Source: an uncultured Anaerolineaceae bacterium (GTDB taxonomy: Bacteria > Chloroflexota > Anaerolineae > Anaerolineales > DRMV01). From it: 64,000 nt of DNA. Shown here one piece after another: positions 24,871-33,078 of this stretch (its first letter is position 1; each line of letters opens with the position of its first letter). The translations under genes and the position numbers were made by a program. The stretch spans positions 19,871 to 83,870 of the forward strand of contig CAYUOX010000062.1 of the NCBI GenBank assembly GCA_964446575.1. Direction: 5' to 3'. Under the pieces are notes generated by a model. That model worked only from the letters and a program-made list of their open reading frames with translations. It made no database searches and was not told the origin of the DNA.

Positions 24871-27492
24871 CTATGCGCCCTTTTGTCGCAGGGCCATGGC
24901 ACCGATGCCCAGCAGCAGGCCGATGACCAGCGCGGCCACCGCGTAACCTACCGGCACGCCCGTGGGGGCTTCGGCAGGCATCTCGGCCGGGGCCTCTGCC
25001 GCCGCCTCGGCCGCGGTCTGCTCGGCTGCCGCCTCCATCTCGCTCATCTGCTGCTTCAGGGTCTCCACCTCTTCCATGGCCTTCTTACCGGCCACCGCAT
25101 CATGGATCAGTTGGTTCATCAGGTTGATGTGGTCTTCGTTGGAGATGACCTGACCGTAGATGGCGATGACCTCATCCGTCCAGAAGGCCGGATCGACCAT
25201 GTTCTGGTGGCACCCCATGCACACGCCCACCCGCTCCATCTTGGTGCGCTTGTCAGCATCCAAGGGGCGGGAAGCCGGCCAGTGCTGACCGACGGTGACC
25301 AATTGCTCGCCCGTCTCGGGATCGAGCACCACGCTCCAATCGAAGGGCAGGTCGGGGATGGGCTGCATCTGCGGCTGGGTGTTCTGCGGGATCACATTGC
25401 CTTCCGCATCGACCAGGTCGATGTAGCGCGGCTCGGTGTAACCCCGCATGAAGATGCCGTTCTTGATGCCATAGCCCAAGGCCTTGGGGTCGTTGTGGCA
25501 CGACTCGCAAGTGCGAGCCTTGGCGCCCACGGTGTGCGGTTGCGCCGGCGCCATGTCGATGCCCCGCTGGCCTTCCTCACCCGCGCCTTCGGTGTTGGGC
25601 GGCGTGCGACCGATCTTGTTGTGCACCAGCGTGGTCCCATCGGGCCCGATGACGGTGTAGACCACTTGGCAGCCCGGAATGATGGGCGTCACCCGGCCTT
25701 CACCGTTGATGCCCAAGATGGGATCCTCCCAGCGCAGGTAGGCCCGACCTTCGGAGGCCTTACCTGGCTGCTTCTCGGTGTTCTTGCTGAATTCCAGGTG
25801 CTTGGCCGCACCGCCCGCCTCGCGGTACTTGTTGGCCGTCAAGATCCACGAGGTCGAGGTCTTCTCGCCGCTGTAGTCCACGACCACATGGCAGCCATAG
25901 CACTGCGGCGCCCACGAAGCATGGCACGCGTAGCACTCCATGTTGTCCATATGGGCGCCGATCTTGTCCATGGCCACCTGCGAGTCCATGGACTTCCAGG
26001 TGCCTTCTTCCTTGATCTTCTTCAGCAGCGGGACCTCGAAGTCCTTGCCATTGGCCGAGTGCAAGATGACCTTGTCGCCCGACTTGACCACGTTGCCGAA
26101 GGGGTTGCCGCGCGCGGTCAGCAGGTAGCCATCTTCCATGGGATAAATCATGCCGTAGGTCATCCACAGCGGCAGATTATCCTTCCACAGCCCGCGCGGG
26201 GATTCCAGGTCAACCCCTTCCAGAGCCGCGGTCAACTCCTCTTCCTGGTAGCCCAAGGGCAGTTCCCACGGGTAGGCGTCGGGCGTACCGTGGCAGTCCG
26301 CGCACTCGATCTCCACCTGGGCCAGGGTGGTGCCATAGATGTTGCCGTCACCGTGCATGTCGATGCTGGTGTGGCAGTCTTGGCACAACAAGCCACCCTT
26401 CTCGGGGTCCAGGCCCGCGTGGTGGATGTCATCCTGGATGAACAGGTATTGCTTGGTGTGCAGTTTGGGCTGCTTGCCACCCTTCTCGTTGAAGGGCGTG
26501 CCATAGGGGAATTCCATGATGCCCTCGTAACTCACGCCAATGCGCTTGCCGCGGTTGTGGCACGAGTTACAGGTTTCGACGGGAATCCCGCTGTAGGTCT
26601 TGTCGCCCACGGTCACTTGGGTGTCGCGGGTGGCCTGGATTTGGTGCACCAGGATGTGGCCGGGCTCGTCTTTGGGGATGGTGGGGTCGTTGCCCTCGTA
26701 GTAGCCCTCATTGCTGTAGGGCATGTGGCAGGCCGAGCAGCCCGTGCCCCGCCAGTCGCCCCGCTTGGCCCGCGGCGGCGTAGCCACATGGCAGCGCTGG
26801 CAGTCGCTGTGCATGTAGGTGAAGGACGCATACGCGGGGTTCTCGACGATTTCCTCCACCGTGGGCAGCGGCAGGCCTTCCAGTTTGTCGGGAATCTGAT
26901 CCGGCCAGGCCTTCTTCAAGGCTTCGGCATAGGCCTTGTAGGTGTCAGTACCGAAGATGGGGGTCGGCCCGTCCGTATCTTCGATGTCATAGTTGCCGTA
27001 GCGGACCTTGTGGATGTTGTCCGGATCCAGGCCATAGGGGCCACCAAACGCGCCAAAGGCCCACAGCGTGCCGTGGATCTTGCCGGCCTCGGTGTTCATG
27101 AGGGACTTTTGCAGCGCGTCGGCATAGCCCGGATGGCACTTGCCGCAGGTCTTGTCCGCGATCCACAGGTTCCCGGGGTCGGCGTAGAACGGTTGGCCAT
27201 TGCCGCCGTGCGCGGCGTTCTTGGCCTCTTCGTCGTTCATGTCCTCCGCGGTCACCGTGGGATCGCCGCCATGGCACGCAGTACACTGCCCCATGGCGTT
27301 GATCTGCTTCATCATGTCACTGTCTTGCGGGCGAATGTCTTCGATGCCCGCGTGACACGAGAGACAGCCCTCTTCTTCCTGGGCTACCACAGCCTGGGCC
27401 GCGCCCGTTTGGTCGCCCGCGTACACGCCTACGGCGACCAAGGCCACGGTCAGGAGGGTCAGCACCAGGGCCAACATCAGGCGTCGTCTCAT
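24871..27492 (-). CDS. 12-haem c-type cytochrome, signal peptide plus C-terminal transmembrane anchor
   Basis: Track ORF starts at GTG 27501; ATG at 27492 lies 7 nt after AAAGGAGGT. Twelve CXXCH motifs: CLSCH, CTACH, CGKCH, CQRCH, CSACH, CNSCH, CQDCH, CADCH, CYACH, CYGCH, CESCH, CMGCH. Ala/Glu-rich helix and hydrophobic tail VGYAVAALVIGLLLGIGAMAL at the C-terminus. Confidence 0.85.
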   Translation of the reverse strand: MRRRLMLALVLTLLTVALVAVGVYAGDQTGAAQAVVAQEEEGCLSCHAGIEDIRPQDSDMMKQINAMGQCTACHGGDPTVTAEDMNDEEAKNAAHGGNGQPFYADPGNLWIADKTCGKCHPGYADALQKSLMNTEAGKIHGTLWAFGAFGGPYGLDPDNIHKVRYGNYDIEDTDGPTPIFGTDTYKAYAEALKKAWPDQIPDKLEGLPLPTVEEIVENPAYASFTYMHSDCQRCHVATPPRAKRGDWRGTGCSACHMPYSNEGYYEGNDPTIPKDEPGHILVHQIQATRDTQVTVGDKTYSGIPVETCNSCHNRGKRIGVSYEGIMEFPYGTPFNEKGGKQPKLHTKQYLFIQDDIHHAGLDPEKGGLLCQDCHTSIDMHGDGNIYGTTLAQVEIECADCHGTPDAYPWELPLGYQEEELTAALEGVDLESPRGLWKDNLPLWMTYGMIYPMEDGYLLTARGNPFGNVVKSGDKVILHSANGKDFEVPLLKKIKEEGTWKSMDSQVAMDKIGAHMDNMECYACHASWAPQCYGCHVVVDYSGEKTSTSWILTANKYREAGGAAKHLEFSKNTEKQPGKASEGRAYLRWEDPILGINGEGRVTPIIPGCQVVYTVIGPDGTTLVHNKIGRTPPNTEGAGEEGQRGIDMAPAQPHTVGAKARTCESCHNDPKALGYGIKNGIFMRGYTEPRYIDLVDAEGNVIPQNTQPQMQPIPDLPFDWSVVLDPETGEQLVTVGQHWPASRPLDADKRTKMERVGVCMGCHQNMVDPAFWTDEVIAIYGQVISNEDHINLMNQLIHDAVAGKKAMEEVETLKQQMSEMEAAAEQTAAEAAAEAPAEMPAEAPTGVPVGYAVAALVIGLLLGIGAMALRQKGA

Positions 27493-27628
27493 AGACCGCA
27501 CCTCCTTTGGTAGAGTATCGAGATGGGCGTCGAGAGCCGCAACACGCCAAGAGGCGCCTCCCTCTTCGCCCCTTCATTTTCCATTAATTCAACCCCTGAG
27601 GCATCCCACAGGGGCATGATTCATATCA

Positions 27629-27653
27629 CCCTGGAGGGTGATTTCATGAGTCA
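27629..27653. promoter_or_regulatory. bipartite motif CCCTGGAGGG-6 nt-CATGAGTCA upstream of the 12-haem cytochrome gene
   Basis: Exact 10-mer at 27629..27638 inside the palindrome TCACCCTggAGGGTGA (27626..27641). Exact 9-mer at 27645..27653. The same two words with the same 6-nt gap occur at 54645..54669. Confidence 0.45.
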
Positions 27654-27679
27654 TTGATGAAAATCGCCCCGCACCCCTT

Positions 27680-27710
27680 AAAAAAACGAGCCCCCGCAGA
27701 ACGGGGGCTC
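27680..27710 (-). terminator. intrinsic terminator of groES-groEL
   Basis: Minus strand reads GAGCCCCCG-ttct-CGGGGGCTC followed by TTTTTTT, 27 nt after the groEL stop. Confidence 0.8.
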
Positions 27711-27736
27711 GTGGGCCAGGTACGGCCGGTCAGGGA

Positions 27737-29368
27737 TTAGAACTCGGGCGTGGGCGGCGTGTTGGACTTCTCTTCTTCGGGCACGTCGGTGATCAAGGCC
27801 TCGGTGGTCAAGATCATGCCCGCGATGGACGCCGCGTTCTCCAGCGCGCCCCGGGTCACCTTGGCCGGGTCGATGACGCCCGCGTCGACCATGTCCTCAT
27901 ACTTCTCCGTCAGCACGTTGTAGCCGATGCGCTTGTTCTTCTGCTCGGCCTGCAGGCGCTTGACGTGCTCGACCACCACCGAACCGTCAACGCCCGCGTT
28001 CTCCGCGATGAGGCGCATGGGCACGCTCAGGGCCTTGCGCACGATGTTGATGCCCATCTGCTCGTCTTCGTTGTCGCCCTGCAGCCCTTCCAGCGCCTCG
28101 ATGGCGTTCAGCAGCGCCACACCACCGCCGGGCACAATGCCCTCTTCCACCGCGGCCCGGGTCGCGCTCACCGCGTCCTCGACCCGATGCTTCTTCTCCT
28201 TCAATTCGGTCTCGGTCGCAGCACCCACCCGGATGATGGCCACACCGCCGGCCAGTTTGGCCAAGCGCTCTTGCAGTTTCTCCCGGTCATAGTCGCTGGT
28301 GGCGCGCTCGATCTCGGCCTTGATCTGTTCGATGCGGGCCTTGATCATGTCAGGATCGCCCTTGCCGCCGATGATGGTGGTGTCTTCCTTGGTGGCCACC
28401 ACTTTCTCGGCCCGGCCCAAGTCCTCGATGGTCACGCCTTCCAACTTGCGGCCGGTCTCTTCGGAGATGAGTTGCGCGCCCGTCAAGATGGCGATGTCTT
28501 GCAGCATTGCCTTGCGGCGCTCACCAAAGCCGGGGGCCTTCACCGCCAAGACATTCAGGATGCCCCGCAACTTGTTCAGCACCAGCGTGGCCAGCGCTTC
28601 CCCTTCCACATCTTCCGCGATGACCACCAGTTCGCGCTTGCCGATCTGCAGCAACTTCTCCAGCAGCGGAACCAGGTCCTGGGCCGCGGAGATCTTCTTG
28701 TCATACACCAAGATATAGGGGTTCTCGATCACCGCCTCCATGTTCTCGGGGTCGGTGATGAAGTAGGGCGAAATGTAGCCGCGATCGAACTGCATACCTT
28801 CCACATATTCGGTCTCGAACTCCAAGCCCTTGGACTCTTCCACCGTGATCACGCCGTCGTTGCCGACCTTTTCGAAGACCTCGGCGATCAACTCACCGAT
28901 GGCCTGGTCTTGGGCCGAGATCGCGGCCACATGAGCCATTTGCTCCTTGGTCTTGATCTCGATGGCTTCGCCCTTGATGTGCTCGGCCGCCTTCTTGGCC
29001 GCTTTCTCGATGCCGCGCTTGAGCAGCATGGCGTTGGCACCCGCGGCCAAGGCCTTCATGCCCTCGGTCACGATCGCGTGCGCCAACACCGTGGAAGTGG
29101 TGGTGCCGTCACCCGCGATGTCGTTGGTCTTGGTGGCCGCTTCCTTCAGCAATTGCGCGCCCATGTTCTCAAAGGGGTCTTCCAGTTCGATTTCCTTGGC
29201 CACCGACACACCGTCATGGGTGATGGACGGCGCACCGAACTTGCGATCCAAGGCCACATTGCGGCCCTTGGGGCCCAGCGTCGTCGCCACGGCCTTGGCC
29301 AAAATGTCAATCCCTTTCTTCAAACGTTGGCGGGCTTCATCGGCAAAAACGATTTGTTTGGCAGCCAT
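27737..29368 (-). CDS. groL: chaperonin GroEL
   Basis: ORF 27737..29368. [38 protein letters not shown]..., AGDGTTT and GGVALL give an unambiguous GroEL. Confidence 0.97.
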   Translation of the reverse strand: MAAKQIVFADEARQRLKKGIDILAKAVATTLGPKGRNVALDRKFGAPSITHDGVSVAKEIELEDPFENMGAQLLKEAATKTNDIAGDGTTTSTVLAHAIVTEGMKALAAGANAMLLKRGIEKAAKKAAEHIKGEAIEIKTKEQMAHVAAISAQDQAIGELIAEVFEKVGNDGVITVEESKGLEFETEYVEGMQFDRGYISPYFITDPENMEAVIENPYILVYDKKISAAQDLVPLLEKLLQIGKRELVVIAEDVEGEALATLVLNKLRGILNVLAVKAPGFGERRKAMLQDIAILTGAQLISEETGRKLEGVTIEDLGRAEKVVATKEDTTIIGGKGDPDMIKARIEQIKAEIERATSDYDREKLQERLAKLAGGVAIIRVGAATETELKEKKHRVEDAVSATRAAVEEGIVPGGGVALLNAIEALEGLQGDNEDEQMGINIVRKALSVPMRLIAENAGVDGSVVVEHVKRLQAEQKNKRIGYNVLTEKYEDMVDAGVIDPAKVTRGALENAASIAGMILTTEALITDVPEEEKSNTPPTPEF

Positions 29369-29421
29369 AGGGTCACCTCCTTGGCAATGGCTTCTTCAGG
29401 GCGTCGCGTCACGCGACGGTA

Positions 29422-29724
29422 TTACTCTTCGGTCACAATGGCCAAAATGTCACTTTCGCGCAGGATGAGCAACTTCTCGCCATCCACCTTCACTTCCGTC
29501 CCCGCGTACTTCGCGAAGATCACCTTGTCCCCCACTTTGACGCTCATGGGGATGCGGCCGTCACCGTCTTCATTCCACTCACCAGGGCCCACGGCCAACA
29601 CTTCGCCCTTCTGGGGCTTTTCCTTGGCGGTCTCGGGCAACACCAGCCCCGAAGGCGTGCGCTCCTCTTCCTCGATGGGCTTGACTACCACCCGATTGGC
29701 CAAAGGCTGCAATTTCACGGCCAT
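29422..29724 (-). CDS. groS: co-chaperonin GroES
   Basis: Track ORF 29422..29775; ATG at 29724 follows [56 protein letters not shown], about 100 aa. Confidence 0.95.
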   Translation of the reverse strand: MAVKLQPLANRVVVKPIEEEERTPSGLVLPETAKEKPQKGEVLAVGPGEWNEDGDGRIPMSVKVGDKVIFAKYAGTEVKVDGEKLLILRESDILAIVTEE

Positions 29725-29786
29725 CTTGCCCTCCTTTTCTTGGAGATGAATCATGATGCAGAGATGATTCTGCACTACCGCCCCTA

Positions 29787-29816
29787 ATCTTAGCGAAGCC
29801 GCTTTTAGGCCGTCAA
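29787..29816 (-). promoter_or_regulatory. candidate groESL promoter (TTGACG-18 nt-TAAGAT)
   Basis: On the minus strand, TTGACG is at 29816..29811 and TAAGAT at 29792..29787. An inverted repeat TGCAGA-N6-TCTGCA (29757..29774) lies between it and the RBS. Confidence 0.5.
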
Positions 29817-29935
29817 CCCTTGGCCCTGGGGCCCGGCTTGATTTTTAACAAATCTCTGATATCCTGAAAGCGTAGCCGGCCTGTTGCCAAAGCGGGACGA
29901 CCACCCGCTTCTTTGCTTTTATTTAGGAGACTCTC

Positions 29936-30850
29936 ATGACCGCCAACGCCAAACCGGGATGGCTCGGCGGTGGCCTCTTGGCCATCGGAACGTTGGCCGC
30001 ACGTTTTGAGGCCGATGTCACCGGGCCCGACGGCGCCCCGCTCGCGGCCGGCACCGCGTTTACCCAAACTTGGCGGCTGCGCAACGGGGGCTCGCGCCCT
30101 TGGGCCATCACCTTCACCGTCTACTTCGACCAGGGCGACCACATGGACAGCCCCGGGAATATCCACCTGCCCTACGCGGTGGACCCCAGCGAAGCGGCGG
30201 ATGCCCGTGTGAACCCACGGCCTCCCGACGCGCCGGGGGCGTACAAGGGCTACGGAGAATTACGCTCTGACCAAGGCCGGGCGTTCGGCATCGGTGCAGA
30301 GCAGCGCACGGCGTTTTGGGTGGCCATGCGGGCGACGGCTCCCGCGGCCACGGCCACGCTGGCCAATGCCGATTTGGCGCTGCCTTATGACCCAGCCAAC
30401 AGCGACACCCTGTACGAGCAAGGCCCTCCGGCCAGCCGCGGCCCCGTCATGGCGGGCGACACCGACACCAACCGCCAAGTTCGCGGCCGCCTCACTTGCG
30501 ACCTCTCCCACATCCCCGGCATGGTAACCCACGCGAAGGTCGACTTGGGCTGCACCCAACAACTCGGCGCCCCCTTCACCGAACTGGGCGGCACCTGGGT
30601 AGCCGAGGTCGTCTTCGCGCGCCCCCTGCGCGCGGGGCTTTACGACCCGCCGGGCACCCCGCTCACCTCGCCGACCGCGTTGCCCACGGAACCGCGGGTT
30701 GAGGTGACCCAGCAAGTGCAGCCCCGCTTGACCGCGGGCGATCCCGAGTTCCACCTGCGCCTGCACCCCCAAAAGCCCACCGACCGCGATGGGAGCGCCG
30801 ACGCCATCCTCTGCCCTCGGGCCGTGCTGCGGATCACCTACCAGCCGTAG
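29936..30850 (+). CDS. NBR1-FW (Ig-like) domain protein, paralog 1 (lacks anchor/linker)
   Basis: ORF 29936..30850, ATG after AGGAGA. FEADVTGPDGAPLAAGTAFTQTWRLRNGGSRPWAITFTVYFDQGDHM matches the FW-domain pattern of the next two genes. The conserved Cys residues are lost and there is no long TM/PT region. Confidence 0.6.
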   Translation: MTANAKPGWLGGGLLAIGTLAARFEADVTGPDGAPLAAGTAFTQTWRLRNGGSRPWAITFTVYFDQGDHMDSPGNIHLPYAVDPSEAADARVNPRPPDAPGAYKGYGELRSDQGRAFGIGAEQRTAFWVAMRATAPAATATLANADLALPYDPANSDTLYEQGPPASRGPVMAGDTDTNRQVRGRLTCDLSHIPGMVTHAKVDLGCTQQLGAPFTELGGTWVAEVVFARPLRAGLYDPPGTPLTSPTALPTEPRVEVTQQVQPRLTAGDPEFHLRLHPQKPTDRDGSADAILCPRAVLRITYQP

Positions 30851-30905
30851 GGGGTGACGCCCATCGTTTTGTTCGCGCGATCCCCCATTCGGAAGGAGTT
30901 GCAGC

Positions 30906-32096
30906 ATGGACACGAAACAAAAGATCCTTTGGCTCGCCGGCGGCCTGGTCGCCGTGCTCCTCCTGTGTGCGCTCGCGATCGGCGGGTTGGTGCTGGCCCG
31001 GCGAGCCACCGCGCCCGCGGCGCCGGACCTCAACGACGAGCAACTGGCCACATGGGCCGCGGCCACGCTCCAGGCCCTGCAGAGCACACCGGCTGGGGGA
31101 ACCCCTCCGGCGGGGCCCACCGCCGCGGCATCGGCCACGCCAGCCATGGCCCCATCGCCCACCGCAGCCCCACCCACCCCCGCGTTCACCGCCACCCCCA
31201 TTCCCACGCCCACCCCACCCTGCTTGGCCGCACGCTTTGAGCGCGATGTCACCGTGCCCGACGGCACCTCGTTCGCGCCGGGCGAGGCGTTCACCAAAAC
31301 CTGGCGGCTGCGCAATGTGGGCTCGTGCACTTGGACCACCGCGTTCACCGTCTACTTCGACCGGGGCGACCACATGGAGGGCCCCGCGGATATCAACCTG
31401 CCCCACGCGGTGGACCCTGGCGAAACGGTGGATGTCAGCGTGACCTTGCGGGCCCCCGACACGCCGGGCACATACAAAGGCTATTGGAAATTGCGCTCGG
31501 ATCGGGGAGAGGCCTTCGGCATTGGATCCTCCCGTGATGTGGCCTTTTGGGTCGAGATCAAGGTCGTCGCACCCACCCTGCCGCCGCCCCCAGCCCCTAT
31601 CCTCAATTTTTACGACGAAGCCCCAGCGGCCGAGTGGGTGAGTGGCGCCGGGCTGCTGCCCTTCGGCGGACCCGACAACGACCCCCGCGGCTTCGTGATC
31701 CAGCGTTCGGGCATTTTGCTGGAAGACGGCTCCCGGCCGGCCAAAGTGTTGCAGACCCATCCCGAATGGGTCGACGATGGCGTTATCAGCGGCCGCTATC
31801 CTGCCTTTACGGTGGTGGCCGGCCATCGCTTTCGGGCCCAAATCGGGTTCATTGCCCTGAGCGATGGCAGTTGCGGCGTTGGCGATGTGATCTTCCAACT
31901 CAACTACAAAGAAGGCGGCGCGTTGCACCCCCTGGGCCAATGGCGCGAGACGTGTGACGGTGCGCTGCGCTCCTTAGACATCGACCTGAGCAGCCTGGCC
32001 GGGCACACGGTCGAATTCGTGCTGGCTGTGATGGCCAACGGTTCGTCGGCCCAAGATTGGGCCGTGTGGGTCAACCCGCGCATCGAAGCGCCTTGA
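30906..32096 (+). CDS. membrane-anchored NBR1-FW domain protein, paralog 2 (extra C-terminal domain)
   Basis: ORF 30906..32096, ATG after AAGGAG. TM helix and PT/A-rich linker, then CLAARFERDVTVPDGTSFAPGEAFTKTWRLRNVGSCTWTTAFTVYFDRGDHMEG...YKGYWKLRSDRGEAFG, then a ~180 aa domain. Confidence 0.7.
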   Translation: MDTKQKILWLAGGLVAVLLLCALAIGGLVLARRATAPAAPDLNDEQLATWAAATLQALQSTPAGGTPPAGPTAAASATPAMAPSPTAAPPTPAFTATPIPTPTPPCLAARFERDVTVPDGTSFAPGEAFTKTWRLRNVGSCTWTTAFTVYFDRGDHMEGPADINLPHAVDPGETVDVSVTLRAPDTPGTYKGYWKLRSDRGEAFGIGSSRDVAFWVEIKVVAPTLPPPPAPILNFYDEAPAAEWVSGAGLLPFGGPDNDPRGFVIQRSGILLEDGSRPAKVLQTHPEWVDDGVISGRYPAFTVVAGHRFRAQIGFIALSDGSCGVGDVIFQLNYKEGGALHPLGQWRETCDGALRSLDIDLSSLAGHTVEFVLAVMANGSSAQDWAVWVNPRIEAP

Positions 32097-32178
32097 GATC
32101 GGATAGAAACGCGCGTGGAGGCCCTGGCCAGGGGCCTCCACGCGCGCGCAGCATCCCTTGGTGTTTCGAGGAGGGCCT

Positions 32179-33027
32179 ATGAACCGCAAACAACAGTTCC
32201 TCTGGATGGGGGCAGGTTTTCTGCTCACCATGCTGATCTGCGGCCTGGGCACCGTGCTGGCCGCGCGCTGGGCCGACCGGGGCCAGCCAGCCACCACGCC
32301 CGATGTGGCGCGTTGGCTCACCGAGGCCGCGCTGACCTCCCAAGCCCTGGTCACACCCCCCGCGGCCGACACCCCTACGCCGCCCACCACCGCGGCGCCC
32401 CCGGCCTCCGCCACCCCCACCCCAACGCCTACGATAGGGGCGCCCTTCACCGCGACGCCCCGCTGTCTGGCCGCGGGCTTTGTCGACGACATCACCGTGC
32501 CTGACGGCACCCAGTTCGCGCCCGGCGAAACGTTTACCAAGACGTGGCGGCTGATCAACCGCGGCGCGTGCCCCTGGACCACGGCCTTCGCGCTGATCTT
32601 CGTCGGCGGGGAACGCATGGGCGCGCCCGAGCGGGTGCCGCTGCCGCAGGCGGTTCCCCCCGGCGGCATGATCGACATCAGCGTAAACATGCGCGCGCCC
32701 ACCGCGCCTGGCGAATATCAGGGTTTCTGGAAGTTGGTTTCCGACAAGGGCACCGAGTTCGGCGTGGGCGACGACGCCGCGCAGCCCATTTGGGTGCTCA
32801 TTCGCGTGGTGGCGACCGCCACCCCTACCCCTTCGACCACGGCCACGCCATCTGGCGCTACCTCCACACCAACGCCGACCGGCGCGCCCCCCACAGCCAC
32901 CGCAACGCCGGCCACGCCCACCGCAACGCCAACGCCTGAAACACCTACGGCCACGCCCACTCCGGTCCCGCCGACGCCCACTCCTACCCCCGTGCCCGCC
33001 ACGCCCACGCCCGCGCCCACCCCTTGA
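32179..33027 (+). CDS. membrane-anchored NBR1-FW domain protein, paralog 3 (PT-rich C-terminal tail)
   Basis: Track ORF starts at TTG 32158; ATG at 32179 follows GAGGAGGG. TM helix and PT linker, then CLAAGFVDDITVPDGTQFAPGETFTKTWRLINRGACPW...YQGFWKLVSDKGTEFG, then a ~70 aa Pro/Thr tail. Confidence 0.7.
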   Translation: MNRKQQFLWMGAGFLLTMLICGLGTVLAARWADRGQPATTPDVARWLTEAALTSQALVTPPAADTPTPPTTAAPPASATPTPTPTIGAPFTATPRCLAAGFVDDITVPDGTQFAPGETFTKTWRLINRGACPWTTAFALIFVGGERMGAPERVPLPQAVPPGGMIDISVNMRAPTAPGEYQGFWKLVSDKGTEFGVGDDAAQPIWVLIRVVATATPTPSTTATPSGATSTPTPTGAPPTATATPATPTATPTPETPTATPTPVPPTPTPTPVPATPTPAPTP

Positions 33028-33078
33028 TGGTTGGCTTGCGGTATACTGTAGGACGCCTCAACGGCAGGAGGTGTCCCC

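Noticed and set aside
24523-27513. 996-aa plus-strand ORF covering the whole 12-haem cytochrome locus
   Set aside because: It is antisense to a gene with 12 CXXCH motifs, an RBS and a terminator. Its translation is Arg/Gly/His/Val-rich with no motifs and no RBS. This is a typical stop-poor antisense frame in GC-rich DNA.
27560-27660. Short upstream ORFs beginning M-(T/S)-H in both multihaem leaders (minus-strand ATGACTCATGAA... here; ATGAGTCACTAT... at 54647)
   Set aside because: The shared start is a by-product of the near-palindromic TCATGAGTCA word. The peptides differ in length and sequence beyond residue 3, and neither has an RBS.
29725-29935. CIRCE (HrcA) operator upstream of groES
   Set aside because: I looked for TTAGCACTC-N9-GAGTGCTAA. 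Only weak fragments (CTTAGC...GCTTTTAGG) and an unrelated TGCAGA-N6-TCTGCA repeat are present, so no CIRCE call is made.
32806-33027. Periodic ACGCC/CCCAC-type repeats (also 34190..34290, 7680..7790, 8810..8900, 10420..10540) as tandem repeats or a CRISPR-like array
   Set aside because: They are in-frame Pro/Thr/Ala-rich linker codons within secreted or anchored proteins. The periodicity is irregular, and there are no conserved repeat-spacer units and no cas genes.
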